64,000 nucleotides of DNA from Carpediemonas membranifera BICM (GCA_019828565.1 JAHDYR010000028.1:134300-198299); one strand, 5' to 3'. Numbered from the stretch's first letter, positions 1 to 10,963 are shown. Made by a program: numbers and translations. The notes: a model not told the origin generated them from the sequence alone.

Positions 1-221
1 GGCTGCGCCTCGGTGAGAGGCAACACGCCTTCCGCAATCGTTGCTGGGGGATTACCGTCCACTTCAGGCTGGCGGCGATAGGAACCGGGCCGGACCTAAT
101 TAAACAACACGACTTCGAGAAGATTCTGACCTGACTTGATCTGACGACATTTGACGACTCCAAACTGTGATTTTGCCCCTATTTTGTAGCCGCATTTTAA
201 GGTCTTCGGGTCTGTGCTATT

Positions 222-255
222 GAAGGGTCCAACAATGGGTTTATACTGCGCAACA
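222..255 (+). repeat. Diverged direct copy of the element right end, upstream of the Fanzor ORF
   Basis: GAAGGGTCCAACAATGGGTTTATACTGCGCAACA vs right end GGAGGTTCGAACAATGTGTTTATACTGCGCAACA (copy 2), 30/34 identical; also present at 10271-10304 (-). Confidence 0.85.
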
Positions 256-507
256 CTGCCCTGTCTCACTCCTACTCACGTCTTAAGTCGGTAGGGAGAT
301 CGTATTCTCCAGGGCTTTCACAAAGCGTCTTCTTCGTGGACGTCAGCACAGCTGCAAACATCACAATCGCTCACACGTCGTCTCATTGTCTTCTATTCCA
401 CATTAAATTCACTTCTACACTTGTATATGCTGGTAATGGTGTTCATCGTCGGCTCTTATATGTCACCTTCATCAATGACCAGCTGCACACCTGTAGTGCG
501 CAACAAG

Positions 508-2366
508 ATGGAGATATATACGATCAAAGCCTCCATCAACCAAGCTTTCAGACAGAACTACACCGAAGAACGGAGAGTGGGGATTACGCCGCAGCAAAAT
601 ATCTCTACTCATGCCTGCTGGCCCGGCTCGCGGTTGAATGCTATGCGCAGCGCCGGCAACTCCCCCTACATGACGCCGACTTCCACAACGGACTGCTCAC
701 TCATGTACGCGGCGGTCATCCGGGTCAGGCCTACGCGGCCATCGTGCAGGCGCTCGACACTCTGCCGATGTGGCGGGGAGACTACCACGCGGGATCTGGT
801 CGCGCAGCTCGAAGGTCGTGCGGAGTCGCATGGAGTGAGTCCCAGTCTCCGGAAGTGGTTCACCCGATACGCCAACTCTGTGAAGCTGTGGCTCGCCCGC
901 ACGGTGACGACGTACCGTGACAGGCTACAGAGCACCCTCGCCCGACTCGAAGAGGCCCTCGCAGGTGTTGGTTCTCCGGCCTTCTTCCAGCAGGAGTTGG
1001 CCGGCGTTCACGCCATCCTCAACATGGTCAACCCTGAGATCCTCGCGTGTCTCCCCTCGCTGTTCTGGGCGACTCACATGGGTGAGAACGACGGGCTCCC
1101 AGTCTCTCAGGCTGCCCCACGCATTCTCTCTTGCGTCTGGGCAATTGCTGACGGAGTGGAGACGTTGAGTGGCCTCATCAGCCACTTCAACGGGGAGTAC
1201 TCGATGTCGCTCCGCCAGCCTCGCCTCGTGCCGATCGTGCCCATGGCCCCCGTCCGACCGGGCTTCATGGCCTACGGTGAAACGATGGGCCTACTGAATG
1301 ATAATTTCTGCCATCGTGTGGGAATTAATCCCACACTCCCACACGCCACCCGCCGTCTGCTCAGCCTGAGCACCGATGGGGTCTGTGTGGCGGTGACGGT
1401 TAAGCGAGGCGGCCGCTATCGGCCACAACATGATGCGAGCATGCCTGTTCGAAAGCGAGCGAAATGGCGGGAGAAAGAGCGCCCCCGACTCGGGACCAAT
1501 AATGCCGAGGCTCCGCCCGCGCCGGATCCTGATGCCCACCTCATGGGGTTCGACCCGGGCGCGAGGTCCATCGGAGGGTATAGTATTACATCAGGCACCC
1601 CGATGGCACCACCAGCTCCGGCGTCCTTCCAAAGTGCGGATACACTAAGACGCCAAGTTTCGGCTTTGATATGACGGCCGCGTCGTTCAAGAGCACAAGA
1701 CTAGTGAGTATCAACAACTCTATTAGGTTTGTGCTGGACAACGCGAACGACATTTTCGAGGCTGGAATGCGTAAGTCTTTCCGCCGAGTGCGCTTTGCGA
1801 ACCACATCCTTCGCCAGAAGCACTTCGCCCGCTGCGGCCAACAGTTGGCTCGGGAGTTCGGTTGGCGTCGCCACCATCCCATCGCCACCCACATTCGCCT
1901 GAAAGTCTTCTACGGGAGCTCGGGATTCACCACGCCTGCTGGTATGTTCATTCCTTGCGCGCCATATCGAAAGTTCGCGAGAGAGATAGTTCCCCTTCTC
2001 AAGGGGTATAACATTGTCGTCGATCTTAACATGGTTAACGAGGACCGCACCACCGTCGTCTGCCCTCACTGCCACGCCCCCTGCAAGCGAGTTCGTCCGC
2101 GTGATGACCAGCACGTTCACCCACATCGTGTGATGCTCTGCGAAAAACCACAGTGCCGTGGTGCTCAGTGGCGCGCAACAGTTCCTGATGCTCTGAATGT
2201 TGATCATCGGGACAAGAGTGCTGCAGAAAACATCCTGTGGCGTTCTCTTGCCACGGAAGATGAGCTCAGTGGCTCTCCGTTCAGTCGCACATTGATCCCG
2301 CGCCTTCCAACATCATTCCAGTATCATCAATTGGCTAACCGCCAACATTCGTCTACGGACGGATGA
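508..2366 (+). pseudogene. Fanzor1-like RuvC nuclease, frameshifted copy
   Basis: RuvC-I LMGFDPG, RuvC-II VNEDRTT, Zn finger CPHC..CEKPQC, RuvC-III HRDKSAAENI. A +1 nt indel near 776 and a +5 nt indel near 1578 relative to copy 2 split the ORF. Confidence 0.85.
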
Positions 2367-2441
2367 TGTTGTGCAGTTTGGCACTTTGATCGTTCCTTTC
2401 AGGCCCTGTCTGGAGGTTCGAACAATGTGTTTATACTGCGC
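2367..2441 (+). ncRNA. Candidate Fanzor omegaRNA scaffold, copy 1
   Basis: Conserved ~75 nt between stop codon and element end; long imperfect hairpin (GTGCAGT/ACTGCGC, TTCAGG/TCTGGA). Confidence 0.6.
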
Positions 2442-2646
2442 GCTGCTCGAACAGGCCATTCAGGTGTTAAATGCTTGAAACTGCCCAGTCTCCCTCCTTG
2501 GTCATGAACATGGCAGCTGACGGCACTCCAGGTGTTATCATTCCAGCACTGGTGCGGCTGTGTCAGGGGATTCTTCGCTCCACCTGCCGGTCAAAGCCCA
2601 CTTGTCCATGGGACTTATGGGATTTACTTATGCGAGTGACGCTTGG

Positions 2647-4455
2647 CTACATCATCCAATATGTCCAGGTCGTCCTCCACCCAGGCCGGCAGCTCCACCG
2701 GGGACACGGGGCGGCTGTCAGCGCCATCCCATTCTTACCGGACAGCGCTGAAAGGTGCGGGTGGACCTTGGCGACCTTGCCCTCTGTGGGCCGGCTGGAC
2801 TTGAGACGGGCGCCCACCCGGGCCTTGCGGGCCTTGTTCGACGTCGGAACGTCCTTGGTCACCAGGGCTGGGGCCGCCGCGGTGAGCACAGGGAGAAGTG
2901 GACCCCGGGCCCGCTTAAGGTCGTCAATCAATTGATTAGGCAGCTTAAACTGCACAGTAATCTCCATGATCTCGTCGAAGCTCTTGACGGGGTTACCGGG
3001 CAGCAAGGTCTGTGCGGCCGCAAACATGGCCTCCGACTCCTTCCTGGCTGCCTCGGTGAGCAGGGCGTCTGCTGTGGCGAGCTGGGCGATGACTCTGCCC
3101 CAAGAGTTGGTGTAAATGCGGTAGACCTGGACCATATCTGCCTCCTCGGCGGTGGGGAGGCCAGTGTCGATGATGGAGATGTCGGCGAGGGTGTCCAGCA
3201 GAGGGACCCTCAGCTTCTGCCGGGCTACCCGGACTCGGCTGGCGTCGAATACGGCCCCGTCGGCCTCAGGCACGCCCTCCATGGTCAGCGCGGTCAGGTC
3301 CTTGTCAACCTGCAGGGCCATGGCGCTGGCTCGGGCCTCGACGAGCACTTTAGGGATGTGGAGCACGGACGAGACCTCCCCCAGGACCTTGGAGCCCGTC
3401 AGCCGGGCCGTGATCGTCGCCAGTCTGACCTTGCGGCGGGACTCGTCCGGTAAGTTCCTGAGGGCCTCGACGACGGCCTCTCGGATGTCGGGACGGGACA
3501 GCCAGTGGTCGAAGACAGTCTCCTCGCACATGTAGGGGTCTGCCGCGACGACACGGACGGTCGGCAGGGAAATGATCGAGTCAAATGACAGGTTCATTTC
3601 AGGGGGGACGGTGTCGGCTGCCCGGACGAAGGCGGCCGTGTTCAGGGCCGTGTGGACAAACTCGACCAGCCCATCCCGGCACTCGGGGCTGAGAAGCGTG
3701 TCGTCCATTCGGATCACGCCGTCCTCCTGAGCTACGGCGTCCCAGGCGGCCTTGAGATCGTCCGTCCCCATTGCCACCCTGGCCGCGAACCCGACCTTGT
3801 CGACGGTGCCGCGGACTACGCTCTTGAGCCGGTCAGTGTACTTGAACGGCAGGAACCGCGTGCCCCTGACCTCCCCGAGGGCGGTGATCTTTGGGTCGCG
3901 CCACATCCGCAGTGCCGAGAGGGCGAAGGACACGGGGGCCGGCTGCATCGACAGGTCAGCCTCGGCCTCCTCAATGGCTGCGATGAGGGCCACGATGCCG
4001 TCCTTGTAGTACTGCGCCGGGTACACCCAGCGGTCGTGTCCCACGTGGTGGCCATCCTCGAGCAGCTTCTCCGTCACAGCTCTGGCCTGGGTCGCGGTCA
4101 GCTTGAACTCCGCGCGGATCTGGTCGATGTTGATGGGCATCACAGGGTTCTGCTCGATACGGCCGGCGACAGTCGATGCGACACGGTTGGGGAACGAAGT
4201 CAAGCATATGGTGCCGTCAACAAGCTCCACCTCGGTGTCGGAGGACGCAATCTCGTAGCAAACAGCCTTAATGTCGCTAGATAGGACATTAAGCTTCTCA
4301 CTGAGAGCTCTGAAGGACGTACTTCCCTCGTCATTGACGATGTCGTGAATATGGCCACGGACGAAGCTACGGAGCATCACAGTCTCACGATCTATCGAAT
4401 AAAGCACGTCGAGACCTCTTTTCTCGATAACAAAGTTCAGGAACTGCTCATCCAT
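2647..4455 (-). CDS. UFL1: E3 UFM1-protein ligase 1-like
   Basis: N-terminus (LDVLYSIDRETVML...GSTSFRALSEKLNV) resembles UFL1 LEVVHTLDGKEYIT...GRVNIVDLQQVINV; exon structure of the C-terminus uncertain. Confidence 0.6.
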   Translation of the reverse strand: MDEQFLNFVIEKRGLDVLYSIDRETVMLRSFVRGHIHDIVNDEGSTSFRALSEKLNVLSSDIKAVCYEIASSDTEVELVDGTICLTSFPNRVASTVAGRIEQNPVMPINIDQIRAEFKLTATQARAVTEKLLEDGHHVGHDRWVYPAQYYKDGIVALIAAIEEAEADLSMQPAPVSFALSALRMWRDPKITALGEVRGTRFLPFKYTDRLKSVVRGTVDKVGFAARVAMGTDDLKAAWDAVAQEDGVIRMDDTLLSPECRDGLVEFVHTALNTAAFVRAADTVPPEMNLSFDSIISLPTVRVVAADPYMCEETVFDHWLSRPDIREAVVEALRNLPDESRRKVRLATITARLTGSKVLGEVSSVLHIPKVLVEARASAMALQVDKDLTALTMEGVPEADGAVFDASRVRVARQKLRVPLLDTLADISIIDTGLPTAEEADMVQVYRIYTNSWGRVIAQLATADALLTEAARKESEAMFAAAQTLLPGNPVKSFDEIMEITVQFKLPNQLIDDLKRARGPLLPVLTAAAPALVTKDVPTSNKARKARVGARLKSSRPTEGKVAKVHPHLSALSGKNGMALTAAPCPRWSCRPGWRTTWTYWMM

Positions 4456-4989
4456 GGACTCGAATGATCGAGCTTATCCTGCGGGTTCAACTACTGAAGT
4501 CTGCTATAGACGATTGAGAGTTACTTTACTGCTTGCACTGTGCACTCTATGATACTTCAACTACCGGGCCTCATCGCCACTCTGAACCCGGCGGTCATTA
4601 ATGTCATGCCGCACTTGTTCCGGGGAGACAGTGTGACGACCTCTCCTGTGTGGCCGCAGAGTTCTACTAAACCATGGCAGGATTCGAGTCAATGTCACAG
4701 CTCAGCCGAACGGCCTGCAACGCGTCACCGCCGGCGAGGCTGCTGTCTTCCCCTCCGCCCACGGCAAGCCCGCCATTGAACCCTGGACCGTCATCGGTCC
4801 ATCGCCACTCGACGCCTCATGAGGTAAGTGAGATTGGCCAAGCCATTTTTGGCGGGAAGGCCGCACAGACGCTTCTCTCGTCGAAGTCCCATGACATCTT
4901 GTAAAAACCGCACTCATGACGTCCCACTCCGCTGCACTTTCCCACCTTTATATGTTACATATCACTGTGGCCGAGCTATGTACGCACTG

Positions 4990-7941
4990 CTATGTCTCGT
5001 GGTCGCTGCTGTAAGGGTCTAGGAGCGACAGGTCGTCGGTGGGGGTACCAGCGGGTGCCCGCACCTCTTTGGATACTCTCGACGATGATGGGCTTCGAAC
5101 TATATTCTTGACCAGCCCTGGAAACAGAGAAAGGATGGCGAGAATGACGGGCGCGATAAGCGTGACACCGGTGGGGCAATGGCTGTAGACCCTCGTGACA
5201 GCCGCGGCGACGCCACCACCGGCGATCATGATGAACGGTTTCTTCTCGCCCGTGGCGAAGTTCGTCTTGTCGCTGCCGAACCACCCCTTGTCCTTGTTCC
5301 GCAGGTACCAGGCCCAGGTGCGGACGTCGCGCGTGTTGGGCTGGGGGTCGTGTGGGCAGTAGCAGCGGCTGCAGATGCCGGGGACAGCCGTCTTGACGTG
5401 GCCATAGTCGAACCAGGTCAACCTCTCACCGTTGATGCACTCCACCGTCTCGAAGAAGTGGTTCCACCCACTCATGGCGTCGGCAAGCCTGAAGTTCCAG
5501 ATTTTCTTCCAATTCCGGCCAGTGTTGAGATAGCCCGTCATGTGGTGGATCATCGTGTCGTTGTACACTGCCAGCAGCATGCCGTGCGTCTGCTCGAGGG
5601 CGGCATCGATTTGATTGTACCCGGAGGCAAGGAATGGTACGTTTCGCATCTGGTTGATGGCGAAACAGCTGAGTAGCTCCTGGTCTGAAAAAGCCCAGAA
5701 CTGTCCAGGGAACTGGCAGCAGTTGGCAGGGTCCTCGGCAAACATGACCAGATCGTTGAAAATATCGCCCAGACGGGGGAGGTCGAGCTTGACCATGCCT
5801 CCGTTGATATGCCAGTCGAGCATGATGTCTTTGGTGAAGGTGATGGGGCTAGGGTGCTCGAAGAGGGCGTCGGGGTTCTTCATGACGAACATGTCGATGT
5901 CAATCATCGCCATGCGCTTGACCGGACGGGACCCGATCTTGCTGAGATATGTGTTAATATTGAGCGAAAGAATGCGCTGGAACGCGCCGAAAAAGGCCTC
6001 TGACTGCACAGTCAGGAGCTTGAGAAGTTCATGGGGCAGCGCGTCGTCCACGAATACATACTCTGCATTGAGCTCGATAAAGCCGTGCATGATGTCGGGG
6101 AACTTCGTCAGGTCGTCGTGGGACGCGATGATGATGCGCGCCTTGGAGTAGAGGCGGAGGCTGAGCACGAAGGTCAGCGTCTGCCCGGCGTACACGTGGT
6201 CGGCCTTGGTCAGCCACACGACGTACGCGTCGTCGGCGGGGTTCACCGGGACGCGGCGGGTCGTCATCCACTCAGCGGCCTCGAACCGCTCGTCCAGCGT
6301 CATATACATAAAGGGGAAGAAGTTTCCAGCGGTGACCCCCTCCACGCCCTCTCTCAGCGTCCCCAGGTGTGCCACTGGCCGGACCATGGGCTCTGGGCGA
6401 TCATCCCCAGGATACAGCATGGTCTTCCGGAACCCGGCCGATGCTACACGGTGGATCTTGTCGTTAGTCTGTGCGACGACGTCGGGGGTGAGTAGCGAGA
6501 GGTCCTGGCTTGTCAAGAAGGGGAACCAGCCGACGTCGAGTTGGCGCACGGCGGCGATGGCGTCTGCCACGGTCGGCTGGGTGGCGAGGGCGTGGGTGAC
6601 ATGGTCGACGTTGGCATCGCCGTTGGCAATCACGGCGACGTTCAGGCTGCGGTGGAGCTGGAGCCCAGCTCCGTAAGCCTCTTGGGCGTACTGGGAGCGG
6701 AATATGACGCCGGGGTCAAGCAGGGCCAGCTGGAACCAGCCGGGGTGCTCCCTCTGGAGGCCCTTGATGACGGTGACCAGGTCGTCTTCCCGTCGCGCGT
6801 GGGTACGCTTGACCATTCGGACGTCGCCCATCGCGGTGGCCTTTCGGGCGAAGTCGGTGTCGGTGGAGCTGACGAGCACGCGGACCTGCGGGATGCTCGA
6901 GGCGAAGGCGTGGACGTCGTAGAGCGACATCAGGAAGCGCTTGCAGTCGCGCTCGGCCTCGGGCGTGTCGGCCCACGTGACGAAGATCGCGGCGTTCGTG
7001 CTCTGCGTGTCTGCGTAGGCGAGCGATGTGTCGGGCGTCGGCGTCATGTCGGTGTATCGGAAGATCTCGACGGGGGTGGTTGTGGTCATCAGGCCGGCGA
7101 ACGCGAGGGCGGCGAGAAGCGCCACGGCTTGCATGATGCGGTGACGCCGCACTGCGGGCGAGATGTCCAGCCGCATGTGCACTCTAAGGTACGCAACGGA
7201 CAGGGAGAGCGTCGAACCGACTGCGATGACAAGGACCTCGGTTGTCGGCGCGACTATGGTCATCAGCACGATGGCGCCGGCCAGAGCGTACGGGAAGAGC
7301 AGGACCGGCGTGTCAACGGGATCTACCTGCGAGATGGTGACGAAAGCCTGTGCGTGCAGCGCAATGGTCGCTGCGAAGGCGACGCCGATTGTCGCGCAGC
7401 ATAGGAACGAAGCGGACAGGGGAAGCAGGGTGATGAGACGAGGCAGGTCGAAGACGACTGCAAGAACAAGCGCGCCAGCAGGGGAGCAGGGGAGCATGTT
7501 GGATGTGGATCCGCGCGACCACACGAGAACAGCTACAGCTATTAACAATGCACTCACAATGGCGCCGGCCAATGAGGAAAGAGAAGACCGTTCGACAACA
7601 AAAGCGATCATAGAGGCGACGAATGTCCATGTCACCAGGGACAGAACTGTCAGTGTGAGCGAGGGAACCGACGCGTTCTTCCAGGAAGAGAGAAAAGCAA
7701 GGGACCGATTCCGGTGCCGGTGCTTCAAGGCCACTGTGGCCGCATAAATGAGTGTAAGAGTTGCTAATGCCACAATCTCGGCCTCTATTAGCGCTTCGTC
7801 GCGCCATGGAGGCACCAAGTGACGAAAAATTGCGGCTGCGACAGGAAGTAGCAGGGCTGTAAGGTAAAGAAGTAATACTACACGTATTCTCGTTGTTGGG
7901 TTGTGAAAGCCCACCAGCAATGAGTCCTCGGATCCTGGCAT
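4990..7941 (-). CDS. Multi-pass membrane protein with GT8-family glycosyltransferase domain
   Basis: Many hydrophobic segments in the first ~290 aa; GT8 motifs MIDIDMFVMKNPDALF (DxD), INGGM, SDQELL, GYN, IHH. Confidence 0.7.
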   Translation of the reverse strand: MPGSEDSLLVGFHNPTTRIRVVLLLYLTALLLPVAAAIFRHLVPPWRDEALIEAEIVALATLTLIYAATVALKHRHRNRSLAFLSSWKNASVPSLTLTVLSLVTWTFVASMIAFVVERSSLSSLAGAIVSALLIAVAVLVWSRGSTSNMLPCSPAGALVLAVVFDLPRLITLLPLSASFLCCATIGVAFAATIALHAQAFVTISQVDPVDTPVLLFPYALAGAIVLMTIVAPTTEVLVIAVGSTLSLSVAYLRVHMRLDISPAVRRHRIMQAVALLAALAFAGLMTTTTPVEIFRYTDMTPTPDTSLAYADTQSTNAAIFVTWADTPEAERDCKRFLMSLYDVHAFASSIPQVRVLVSSTDTDFARKATAMGDVRMVKRTHARREDDLVTVIKGLQREHPGWFQLALLDPGVIFRSQYAQEAYGAGLQLHRSLNVAVIANGDANVDHVTHALATQPTVADAIAAVRQLDVGWFPFLTSQDLSLLTPDVVAQTNDKIHRVASAGFRKTMLYPGDDRPEPMVRPVAHLGTLREGVEGVTAGNFFPFMYMTLDERFEAAEWMTTRRVPVNPADDAYVVWLTKADHVYAGQTLTFVLSLRLYSKARIIIASHDDLTKFPDIMHGFIELNAEYVFVDDALPHELLKLLTVQSEAFFGAFQRILSLNINTYLSKIGSRPVKRMAMIDIDMFVMKNPDALFEHPSPITFTKDIMLDWHINGGMVKLDLPRLGDIFNDLVMFAEDPANCCQFPGQFWAFSDQELLSCFAINQMRNVPFLASGYNQIDAALEQTHGMLLAVYNDTMIHHMTGYLNTGRNWKKIWNFRLADAMSGWNHFFETVECINGERLTWFDYGHVKTAVPGICSRCYCPHDPQPNTRDVRTWAWYLRNKDKGWFGSDKTNFATGEKKPFIMIAGGGVAAAVTRVYSHCPTGVTLIAPVILAILSLFPGLVKNIVRSPSSSRVSKEVRAPAGTPTDDLSLLDPYSSDHET

Positions 7942-8086
7942 TCAGTTGCCGTACTCCGCAGCTTAGGGCTTTGCATAATTTTGTGTACCGCGTATCATTG
8001 TACGCTGGCCCTAAGTGTGAGCATGCCTGCGTACGCAAACCTGAGGGGTAGCTGGGGGATCACAAATTTTCCACAGATTCTGACCC

Positions 8087-8165
8087 TGTTGCGCAGTATA
8101 AACACATTGTTCGAACCTCCAGACAGGGCCTGAAAGGAACGATCAAAGTGCCAAACTGCACAACA
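8087..8165 (-). ncRNA. Candidate Fanzor omegaRNA scaffold, copy 2
   Basis: 79 nt after the stop; TGTTGTGCAGT pairs with ACTGCGCAACA to close a long hairpin; followed by variable flank (putative guide). Confidence 0.65.
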
Positions 8166-10018
8166 TCATCCGTCCGTAGACGAATGTTGGCGGTTAGCCA
8201 ATTGATGATACTGGAATGATGTTGGAAGGCGCGGGATCAATGTGCGACTGAACGGAGAGCCACTGAGCTCATCTTCCGTGGCAAGAGAACGCCACAGGAT
8301 GTTTTCTGCAGCACTCTTGTCCCGATGATCAACATTCAGAGCATCAGGAACTGTTGCGCGCCACTGAGCACCACGGCACTGTGGTTTTTCGCAGAGCATC
8401 ACACGATGTGGGTGAACGTGCTGGTCATCACGCGGACGAACTCGCTTGTAGGGGGCGTGGCAGTGAGGGCAGACGACGGTGGTGCGGTCCTCGTTAACCA
8501 TGTTAAGATCGACGACAATGTTATACCCCTTGAGAAGGGGAACTATCTCTCTCGCGAACTTTCGATATGGCGCGCAAGGAATGAACATACCAGCAGGCGT
8601 GGTGAATCCCGAGCTCCCGTAGAAGACTTTCAGGCGAATGTGGGTGGCGATGGGATGGTGGCGACGCCAACCGAACTCCCGAGCCAACTGTTGGCCGCAG
8701 CGGGCGAAGTGCTTCTGGCGAAGGATGTGGTTCGCAAAGCGCACTCGGCGGAAAGACTTACGCATTCCAGCCTCGAAAATGTCGTTCGCGTTGTCCAGCA
8801 CAAACCTAATAGAGTTGTTGATACTCACTAGTCTTGTGCTCTTGAACGACGCGGCCGTCATATCAAAGCCGAAACTTGGCGTCTTAGTGTATCCGCACTT
8901 TGGAAGGACGCCGGAGCTGGTGGTGCCATCGGGGTGCCTGATGTAATATCCTCCGATGGACCTCGCGCCCGGGTCGAACCCCATGAGGTGGGAATCAGGA
9001 TCCGGCGCGGGCGGAGCATCGGCATTATTGGTCCCGAGTCGGGGGCGCTCTTTCTCCCGCCATTTCGCTCGCTTTCGAACAGGCATGCTCGCATCATGTT
9101 GTGGCCGATAGCGGCCGCCTCGCTTAACCGTCACCGCCACACAGACCCCATCGGTGCTCAGGCTGAGCAGACGGCGGGTGGCGTGTGGGAGTGTGGGATT
9201 AATTCCCACACGATGGCAGAAATTATCATTCAGTAGGCCCATCGTTTCACCGTAGGCCATGAAGCCCGGTCGGACGGGGGCCATGGGCACGATCGGCACG
9301 AGGCGAGGCTGGCGGAGCGACATCGAGTACTCCCCGTTGAAGTGGCTGATGAGGCCACTCAACGTCTCCACTCCGTCAGCAATTGCCCAGACGCAAGAGA
9401 GAATGCGTGGGGCAGCCTGAGAGACTGGGAGCCCGTCGTTCTCACCCATGTGAGTCGCCCAGAACAGCGAGGGGAGACACGCGAGGATCTCAGGGTTGAC
9501 CATGTTGAGGATGGCGTGAACGCCGGCCAACTCCTGCTGGAAGAAGGCCGGAGAACCAACACCTGCGAGGGCCTCTTCGAGTCGGGCGAGGGTGCTCTGT
9601 AGCCTGTCACGGTACGTCGTCACCGTGCGGGCGAGCCACAGCTTCACAGAGTTGGCGTATCGGGTGAACCACTTCCGGAGACTGGGACTCACTCCATGCG
9701 ACTCCGCACGACCTTCGAGCTGCGCGACCAGATCCCGCGTGGTAGTCTCCCGCCACATCGGCAGAGTGTCGAGCGCCTGCACGATGGCCGCGTAGGCCTG
9801 ACCCGGATGACCGCCGCGTACATGAGTGAGCAGTCCGTTGTGGAAGTCGGCGTCATGTAGGGGGAGTTGCCGGCGCTGCGCATAGCATTCAACCGCGAGC
9901 CGGGCCAGCAGGCATGAGTAGAGATATTTTGCTGCGGCGTAATCCCCACTCTCCGTTCTTCGGTGTAGTTCTGTCTGAAAGCTTGGTTGATGGAGGCTTT
10001 GATCGTATATATCTCCAT
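8166..10018 (-). CDS. Fanzor1-like RNA-guided RuvC endonuclease
   Basis: Open frame through all three RuvC motifs (D, E, D intact) and the Zn finger; YGSSGF...APYRKF segment typical of Fanzor1. Likely ATG at 10018 (MEIYTIKASINQ) needs one frame change near 9912. Confidence 0.85.
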
Positions 10019-10963
10019 CTTGTTGCGCACTACAGGTGTGCAGCTGGTCATTGATGAAGATGACATATAAGAGCCGACGATGAACACCATTACCAGCATA
10101 TACAAGTGTAGAAGTGAATTTAATGTGGAATAGAAGACAATGAGACGACGTGTGAGCGATTGTGATGTTTGCAGCTGTGCTGACGTCCACGAAGAAGACG
10201 CTTTGTGAAAGCCCTGGAGAATACGATCTCCCTACCGACTTAAGACGTGAGTAGGAGTGAGACAGGGCAGTGTTGCGCAGTATAAACCCATTGTTGGACC
10301 CTTCAATAGCACAGACCCGAAGACCTTAAAATGCGGCTACAAAATAGGGGCAAAATCACAGTTTGGAGTCGTCAAATGTCGTCAGATCAAGTCAGGTCAG
10401 AATCTTCTCGAAGTCGTGTTGTTTAATTAGGTCCGGCCCGGTTCCTATCGCCGCCAGCCTGAAGTGGACGGTAATCCCCCAGCAACGATTGCGGAAGGCG
10501 TGTTGCCTCTCACCGAGGCGCAGCCCCCGCCTAGAGACCGGACGCCGTAGGCACGGCGCCCGCTGCCGCCCTGCGGTGAACCAGTAGCGGCCTAAACCAG
10601 GTCTTGGCTTCGATTTCGGCGGTGCAGTGGCTCGACGTCGTCCGCCACGAAGTGTCAGAGTGTTGTCCCTAGTCCGACGCCTCTCGTGCCCTGCTCCCAG
10701 TCATCACCAGCAGGCCCTCCCGCTGCCGTCGTCCCGTCCGTCTCGGCGCTTCGTGCGATCGACATGAAAGATCACGGTGCCCCGACCTGGCTTGGCTCAG
10801 CAAGGAAACCCGGACCCAGCCAGCCCCATTTTGCTACGTCCACAAGGACTTGTCCCACTGCAACTCCGAGTGCTGCACGCAGCATCTCGAGCTGCTGGCT
10901 TCTTACCGTCTGACATGGGGATGATGTGCCGGCACCTAGTATTCTACTGCAGACCACGCGCGT

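Larger units (their letters stand above)
1..2441 (+). mobile_element. Fanzor1-like element, copy 1 (left boundary outside window)
   Basis: Near-identical to the reverse complement of 8091-10525 (about 4 substitutions and 2 indels seen); identity ends at ...TTATACTGCGC (2441). Confidence 0.85.
8087..10525 (-). mobile_element. Fanzor1-like element, copy 2 (may extend past 10525)
   Basis: Inverted near-identical copy of 1-2441; position 1 maps to 10525. Confidence 0.85.

Noticed and set aside
336-507. GTG/TTG-initiated N-terminal extensions of the Fanzor ORF (also 10019-10190)
   Set aside because: Non-ATG starts are unlikely in a eukaryote, and the Fanzor-like N-terminus begins at ATG 508/10018.
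7972-7985. TGCATAATTTTGTG resembling the U1 snRNA Sm site
   Set aside because: No U1 5' ACTTACC motif or stems upstream; that region overlaps the GT8 coding sequence.
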